64,000 nt of DNA from a virus. The notes beneath the pieces were generated by a model, which saw only the letters and a program-made list of their open reading frames with translations, was not told the DNA's origin and searched no databases. This document shows, one piece after another, positions 58,529 through 64,000 of the stretch. The stretch spans positions 17,624 to 81,623 of the IMG/VR virus record IMGVR_UViG_3300032236_001478; one strand, given 5' to 3'. Both the position numbers and the translations under genes were made by a program. Position 1 is the stretch's first letter; each line of letters begins with the position of its first letter.

Positions 58529-59530
58529 ATGGCAGGTATTAAAAAAACAGACTTTTCTTCAATAAAGAAAAAGTTTTCTAAAGAGGCAGAATATAAACCA
58601 GATCGTTTTTTAGATTTAGGTGATGCTTTTTTAAATGCAACTGGTCTTCCAGGTCCAGCAATAGGTCATATTAATATGTTTTTAGGTCACTCAGATACTG
58701 GTAAAACAACTGCACTTGTAAAAGCTGCTGTTGATGCACAAAAGAAAGGTATCTTACCTATTTTCATTATTACTGAACAAAAATGGAGTTGGGAACACGC
58801 AGTATTAATGGGATTTAATAAAGAAGATGATTTCTACTTATTTAACAGTGATTTTGAATACATTGAACAAATCACAGATTATATCAATGAAGTTTTAGAC
58901 GCACAAGATAAAGGTGAATTACCTCACGATATTTTATTCGTTTGGGATTCAGTTGGTTCAGTGCCTTGTAAAATGACATATGACGGTAAAGGTGGTAAAC
59001 AACACAATGCATCTGTATTATCAGATAAAATCGGTATGGGTATTAACCAACGTATATCTGGTTCAAGAAGAACTGATAAACAATATACAAATACATTGAT
59101 TATTGTAAATCAGCCTTGGGTTGAATTACCTGATAATCCTTTTGGACAACCAAAAATCAAAGCTAAAGGCGGTGAATCAATCTGGTTAAACTCAACATTA
59201 GTATTCCGTTTTGGAAACGAAAAAAATGCTGGTACAACTAAGATTAAAGTAACCAAGAATGGTAGAGAATTAAACATAGCTACAAGATCTAAAATTGTAA
59301 TTATGAAAAACCACGTAAACGGTATCGCGTTTAGTGATGGTAAGATTATGGTAACCCCACATGGTTTCATGAATGCAAGAGACAATGATGAGGAGAAAAA
59401 ATCTAGAGAAACTTATGTTAAAGAAAACCTTGCATATATTAGTGAAATATATACAAGAGCATTTAACGATAAGATCAGCGATGCAAGTGAACTTGATTTC
59501 AAAATAGAGTCATCTGGTGATGACGAATAA
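58529..59530 (+). CDS. uvsX: RecA/UvsX-like recombinase
   Basis: GHSDTGKTT, FVWDSVGS, IVNQ, KGG, KNHVNG. Start MAGIKK after the hairpin. Confidence 0.9.
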   Translation: MAGIKKTDFSSIKKKFSKEAEYKPDRFLDLGDAFLNATGLPGPAIGHINMFLGHSDTGKTTALVKAAVDAQKKGILPIFIITEQKWSWEHAVLMGFNKEDDFYLFNSDFEYIEQITDYINEVLDAQDKGELPHDILFVWDSVGSVPCKMTYDGKGGKQHNASVLSDKIGMGINQRISGSRRTDKQYTNTLIIVNQPWVELPDNPFGQPKIKAKGGESIWLNSTLVFRFGNEKNAGTTKIKVTKNGRELNIATRSKIVIMKNHVNGIAFSDGKIMVTPHGFMNARDNDEEKKSRETYVKENLAYISEIYTRAFNDKISDASELDFKIESSGDDE

Positions 59531-59543
59531 ATGTAAAATTTAA

Positions 59544-60560
59544 ATGTCCGTATTACTTGTCGATGGAGATAATTTACTCACGATTGGTTTCTTTGGCCGC
59601 AAAAACTATTTCTATAAAGGAAAACATTTTGGCGGAATCTATCATTTCATTGACACTCTTAGGATGTCTTTTGAAACATACCAACTAGATAAGATCTGCG
59701 TGTTTTGGGATGGTGATGATGGTTCACTCTCACGCAAAAAGATATACCATTTATATAAGGAAAATCGTAAATCGAACAGATGGACTGATGAGGCCCAAAG
59801 TTCTTACGATTATCAAAGATCTAGGATAAAACAATACTTAGAGGAGTTATATATACGTCAAGGGGAGTTTCCAAATTGTGAGGCTGATGATTGTATAGCT
59901 TATTATTGTCAAAATTCGCCAAAAGAGAAAAAAATTGTCTATTCATCTGATAGAGATTTAGCTCAATTAGTGAGTGATAATACTAAATTATATAATCCTG
60001 CCCATCGCAAGTTATATGGTACTAACGATATTATTGAATATGACCATGAAAACATCTTAATTGAAAATGTTAAATTAGTTAAGATGTTATGTGGTGATCC
60101 ATCAGATAACATATATGGAATTAAGAATTTCGGTATTAAACGTTTTATTGCGTTATTTCCAGAAATACAAACACAAGCACTTACCTTAGAAGAAGTGCAA
60201 GAAAAAACAAATGTTCTATTTGAACAAGACAAGCACAACAAAACAATCCAAAACATTTTAACTGGTGTAACTAAATTAGGAGTTTTCGGGCAAGAATTTT
60301 ACGATATTGCAAAAAAAATCGTAGATTTAACTGAGCCAATCTTAACTGATGAAGCTAAAGAAAATATCAATTTATTAATTAAAGATTCACTAGATCCGGA
60401 AGGGCGTTCATATAAAAATACAATGAAATTAATGATGGAAGACGGTATTTTTACCGTTTTACCTAAATCAGATGATGCCTGGACAAAATTTTTAAACCCA
60501 TTTCTCAGGTTAACAAGAAAAGAGAAGAATAATCGTATTGTAAAATTTAAAATTAAGTAA
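59544..60560 (+). CDS. 5'-3' exonuclease/flap endonuclease (T4 RNase H/Pol I N-domain-like)
   Basis: LLVDG, VFWDG, YKENR, EADDCIA, SSDRDLAQL, GDPSDNIYGI. Confidence 0.93.
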   Translation: MSVLLVDGDNLLTIGFFGRKNYFYKGKHFGGIYHFIDTLRMSFETYQLDKICVFWDGDDGSLSRKKIYHLYKENRKSNRWTDEAQSSYDYQRSRIKQYLEELYIRQGEFPNCEADDCIAYYCQNSPKEKKIVYSSDRDLAQLVSDNTKLYNPAHRKLYGTNDIIEYDHENILIENVKLVKMLCGDPSDNIYGIKNFGIKRFIALFPEIQTQALTLEEVQEKTNVLFEQDKHNKTIQNILTGVTKLGVFGQEFYDIAKKIVDLTEPILTDEAKENINLLIKDSLDPEGRSYKNTMKLMMEDGIFTVLPKSDDAWTKFLNPFLRLTRKEKNNRIVKFKIK

Positions 60561-60561
60561 A

Positions 60562-61005
60562 ATGAACATTCAAGAACAAAACAAATTTGAGTTTTTGTTA
60601 ACGTTGGAAAAAAACATTATCTGTCAAAGATATTTCAATGTAAAAGACTACAATCCTGAGAGCAGAAGATCAATGGACCTACACTATTTGGTTAAAGAAA
60701 TTAGTGAAGAAATTAGCTATGATTTGAAAATAAAAAGTTCCAATTATTTGGTCGAAAATCAAAATTATTTTACCAATTCTGCAGTTGTGGATGAGGCAGA
60801 AAATAACGAAGCGCAATACTTTTTATTGCAGATTAAGCAGGGCGATGATGTATTTATTGAAAGAATATTTCCTGCGTATGTGTTCCCTCCTAGAATTAGA
60901 TATGCGGTAGATATTCGTCCTAGTTTAAGACGCATTTTGGCAGATTTAACAGACGTTATGTCACGTCAAGAACTAGAAACTACGTACCTTCAGTACGATT
61001 TATAA
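60562..61005 (+). CDS. Hypothetical protein in the replication operon
   Basis: 147 aa; NIICQRYFNV, PPRIRYAVDIRP. Confidence 0.75.
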   Translation: MNIQEQNKFEFLLTLEKNIICQRYFNVKDYNPESRRSMDLHYLVKEISEEISYDLKIKSSNYLVENQNYFTNSAVVDEAENNEAQYFLLQIKQGDDVFIERIFPAYVFPPRIRYAVDIRPSLRRILADLTDVMSRQELETTYLQYDL

Positions 61006-61029
61006 AATTAATGTAAAGTAATAAGAATT

Positions 61030-62412
61030 ATGAGCGAAAAGAATTTCGGGTACTTAGGTACGGGGTTTCAACTGTCCCTATTAAAAAATATTGTTGAGGA
61101 TAAAAAATTCGCTGAGTCTATTGTAGAAATTATTGAAAGTAACTATTTTGATAACAATTATTTTAGAGTTATCATGCAACATATCAAGGAAGTATATGCT
61201 AAACATACATATATACCTACATATGATGGTATTAAACAGTTAATTTTAACAGAAAGTACTAGAGATCAAACTGCTAAAACTTTAACTGACCAGGTTGACA
61301 TGATTAAAGAACAACCGTTAGTAGATTCGCAGCTGGTACAAGAAAATGCTTTGAATTTTTGTAAACAACAAGTCCTAAAGAAAGCCTTAAAAGAAGTCGA
61401 TTCTATTACATCTGAAGGTGCATTTGAAAACTATCATAAAATTGAGCAAATTATTCAAAAAGCCCTTCAAGTAGGAATATCTGACGATACTACTAAAGAC
61501 GTTTTTGAGGACATTTTAGACGCTTTAAGACCAGATAGTAGAGAAGTTATACCTACGGGATTAAATGGTATTGATAACCTTTTAAAAGGTGGTTTAGGTA
61601 GAGGTGAATTAGGTGTTGTATTGGCACCTACAGGAACAGGTAAAACAACTTTGTTAACTAAATTTGCTAATACAGCGTATAATGCCGGTTTTAATGTTGT
61701 ACAAATATTTTTTGAAGATAATGTTAACAATATTAGAAAGAAGCATTTTACAATTTGGACAAATATTGCCCCAGACGACCAACCAGATGTTGCTTCTGAA
61801 GTTGAAAAATTAGTAAAAGATGCACAAAACAGATCTACTGGTCAATTAAAACTTGTTAAATTACCAAGTGACTCAGTTACTATATCAGAAATAAAATCTA
61901 AAATTAGAAAGATGAAAGCCGATGGTTTTCGAATAGATTTACTAACTTTGGACTATGTTGATTGTGTTTCTCCTGAAAGATCAGCTTTTGGTGAAGAATG
62001 GAAAGGAGAAGGTGCGATTATGAGACAATTAGAAGCAATGACTGCTGAGTTTGATATTGCAATATGGACAGCAACCCAAGGTAATAGAGAATCTATTAAA
62101 TCAGAAGTTGTTACAACAGATCAAATGGGTGGTTCTATTAAGAAGGCACAAATTGGTCACGTGGTAATGTCAGTTGGTAAAACATTAGAGCAAAAAGAAC
62201 AAAACTTAGCTACATTGACATTGTTAAAGTCAAGAATTGGTAGAGATGGCGTAGTATTCAATAACTGTTTATTCAATAATGAATACCTTACAATCGATAC
62301 TGAAACACAAAACACTCTTCTTGGATTTGAAACTGATAAGTTACATCAAAAAGAAGAAAAAAACAAACAAAGAATTCGTGAATTAATGGACAAAAAAACC
62401 ATCAAAAACTAA
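61030..62412 (+). CDS. dnaB: Replicative helicase (DnaB/T4 gp41-like)
   Basis: IPTG...[32 protein letters not shown]. Confidence 0.93.
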   Translation: MSEKNFGYLGTGFQLSLLKNIVEDKKFAESIVEIIESNYFDNNYFRVIMQHIKEVYAKHTYIPTYDGIKQLILTESTRDQTAKTLTDQVDMIKEQPLVDSQLVQENALNFCKQQVLKKALKEVDSITSEGAFENYHKIEQIIQKALQVGISDDTTKDVFEDILDALRPDSREVIPTGLNGIDNLLKGGLGRGELGVVLAPTGTGKTTLLTKFANTAYNAGFNVVQIFFEDNVNNIRKKHFTIWTNIAPDDQPDVASEVEKLVKDAQNRSTGQLKLVKLPSDSVTISEIKSKIRKMKADGFRIDLLTLDYVDCVSPERSAFGEEWKGEGAIMRQLEAMTAEFDIAIWTATQGNRESIKSEVVTTDQMGGSIKKAQIGHVVMSVGKTLEQKEQNLATLTLLKSRIGRDGVVFNNCLFNNEYLTIDTETQNTLLGFETDKLHQKEEKNKQRIRELMDKKTIKN

Positions 62413-62417
62413 TAATA

Positions 62418-63389
62418 ATGAAAGAGAAAATTTTAATTGAAAACCCGTATCGATTTGTATTATTTCCAATTGAACATGAGGATATTTGGAAGTTATATAA
62501 ACAACAAGAGGCGTGTATTTGGACTGCTGAAGAAATTGATTTGAGCCAGGATATCTCAGATTGGGAAAACAAGTTAAATGCCGATGAACAACACTTTATC
62601 AAACATGTATTAGCATTTTTTGCTGCATCTGATGGAATTGTTAATGAAAATATTGCACAGAATTTTGTAAATGAAGTTCAATATACTGAGGCGAAAATGT
62701 TTTATGGTTTTCAAATTATGATGGAAAATATTCATAGTGAAACTTATTCATTATTAATTGATTCATATATTAAAGACAAGGAAGAACAAATGCGTTTGTT
62801 CCATGCTATTGACACTATTCCAGCAATCATGGAAAAAGCAGAATGGGCTGTTAAATGGATTAATTCAAAATCATTTGTAGAAAGATTAATTGCTTTTGCG
62901 GCAGTTGAAGGAATATTCTTCTCAGGTTCATTTTGTTCAATTTTCTGGTTAAAGAAAAGAGGATTGATGCCTGGTTTAACATTCTCAAATGAATTGATTT
63001 CTCGTGATGAAGGTATGCATTGTGATTTTGCTTGTCATTTATATAACAACCATATTGAAGGAAAATTAAGTGAGAAAAAAATTAAAGAAATTATTTGTGG
63101 CGCTTTAGAAATTGAAAAGAAATTTATATTAGAGGCATTACCAGTAAGATTAATTGGTATGAATTCTGATTTAATGTCACAATATCTTGAATTTGTAACA
63201 GATAGATTATTAGTTTCGTTAGGTTGTTCTAAACAATACAATTCAAGTAACCCATTTGATTTTATGGAAAACATTGCAATTCAAGGTAAAACTAATTTCT
63301 TTGAAAAGAGAGTAGCAGAGTATCAAAAAGCAGGGGTACATAATGCGTCAGAAGATTTAGAATCTGCATTTGGCGATATTGATTTTTAA
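62418..63389 (+). CDS. nrdB: Ribonucleotide reductase class Ia beta subunit
   Basis: [57 protein letters not shown] (eukaryote-like/Bacteroidota subtype). Confidence 0.97.
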   Translation: MKEKILIENPYRFVLFPIEHEDIWKLYKQQEACIWTAEEIDLSQDISDWENKLNADEQHFIKHVLAFFAASDGIVNENIAQNFVNEVQYTEAKMFYGFQIMMENIHSETYSLLIDSYIKDKEEQMRLFHAIDTIPAIMEKAEWAVKWINSKSFVERLIAFAAVEGIFFSGSFCSIFWLKKRGLMPGLTFSNELISRDEGMHCDFACHLYNNHIEGKLSEKKIKEIICGALEIEKKFILEALPVRLIGMNSDLMSQYLEFVTDRLLVSLGCSKQYNSSNPFDFMENIAIQGKTNFFEKRVAEYQKAGVHNASEDLESAFGDIDF

Positions 63390-63407
63390 AAAAATAGATT
63401 TAATAAA

Positions 63408-64000
63408 ATGAAAGTAAAAAAAAGAGATGGTAGCCTCGAAGAGATGAGGTATGACAAAATTACTAGAAGAATTAGCGCTTTATGTGATGATTTAAACTTA
63501 GAATATATTGACCCAACATTTGTTACGTTAAAAGTAACATCTGGTATATATGATGGTATATCTACAACAGAATTAGATACACTTGCGGCTGAAATTGCTG
63601 CATCTATGGTGACAACACATCCGGATTATGCAAAATTAGCTGGTAGATTAGCCGTTTCTAATTTACATAGAACAACTCCTAAAAAATTCTCACAGTGCAT
63701 TAAAGAATTATATTCTTTTATTGAACCAAAAACTGGAAAAGAATCTTCTTTGATTTCAGATGAACTTTATGAGTTTGTATTAGCAAACAAAGAGGCGTTA
63801 GATGGCGCAATTGTGTTAGATAGAGATTTAGATTTCGATTATTTTGGTTTTAAAACTCTTGAAAGATCTTATCTATTAAAAGTAGGTAAAAGAATAGTGG
63901 AAAGACCACAATATATGTACATGAGAGTTGCTGCAGGTATTTGTAAAGGTGATGTAGAAATGGCAATTCGTATTTATAACGATTTATCACAACATTTTTA
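63408..64000 (+). CDS. nrdA: Ribonucleotide reductase class Ia alpha subunit with ATP cone, 3'-truncated
   Basis: Hand translation: MKVKKRDG...DKITRRI...HPDYAKLAGRLAVSNLH...FDYFGFKTLERSYL...ERPQYMYMRVA. Confidence 0.96.
   Translation, partial: MKVKKRDGSLEEMRYDKITRRISALCDDLNLEYIDPTFVTLKVTSGIYDGISTTELDTLAAEIAASMVTTHPDYAKLAGRLAVSNLHRTTPKKFSQCIKELYSFIEPKTGKESSLISDELYEFVLANKEALDGAIVLDRDLDFDYFGFKTLERSYLLKVGKRIVERPQYMYMRVAAGICKGDVEMAIRIYNDLSQHF

Noticed and set aside
670-63274. Dozens of 60-190-aa ORFs antisense to or nested in long genes (e.g. 3103-3525, 6023-6424, 44767-45348, 56483-56893)
   Set aside because: Shadow frames of codon-biased genes: Ser/Phe/Leu-rich, no motifs, no promoters.
1-64000. 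Stop-codon reassignment, as in some large phages
   Set aside because: Core genes are full length in code 11, and TAG/TGA serve as real stops (terL, dut, 46110-50132).
1-64000. tRNAs, introns, inteins, homing endonucleases, integrase, DGR
   Set aside because: No cloverleaf/T-loop in intergenic gaps. TerL, PolB, DnaB, SNF2 and NrdB are uninterrupted and of normal size. No RT or recombinase motifs seen by eye.

Overview
64 kb of the conserved core of a large, AT-rich T4-related myophage (jumbo/'huge' phage type), almost certainly infecting Bacteroidota. Evidence for the host: Bacteroidia-type bS21, TTTG-N19/20-TAnnTTTG promoters, no Shine-Dalgarno sequences, a DUF4494-like gene and a eukaryote-like class Ia RNR. 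Gene order: terminase, portal, bS21 (antisense), prohead protease, scaffold and major capsid (1-9 kb); a minus-strand block with spike, gp55-like late sigma, three glycosyltransferases, PhoH, dUTPase, a WYL protein and putative internal head proteins (9-25 kb); fibre-like genes, PolB, neck, SNF2 helicase, sheath, tube, chaperone, tape measure and baseplate (25-56 kb); then SSB, UvsX, 5'-3' exonuclease, DnaB and nrdB/nrdA. Standard genetic code; I saw no tRNA, CRISPR array, intron or intein. The most unusual signals are not in the ORF track. (1) A bacterial chromosomal parS-like site forms the apex of the tail-tube terminator; nearby are an orphan antisense promoter and an unannotated ribbon-helix-helix gene with phased 10-bp repeats. 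(2) There appears to be a coordinated translation-control layer: a TATTTAT late promoter (the reverse complement of T4's) that often gives near-leaderless mRNAs, phage bS21, an AATGTAAA start-stop element before four replication genes, and a UUU_UUU_CGU +1/-2 frameshift in the tail chaperone. (3) Shared terminal helices and (I/L/M)xE sites suggest a head-cargo targeting and processing system whose cargo would include a WYL protein. All functional calls come from motif recognition by eye; no database searches were run.
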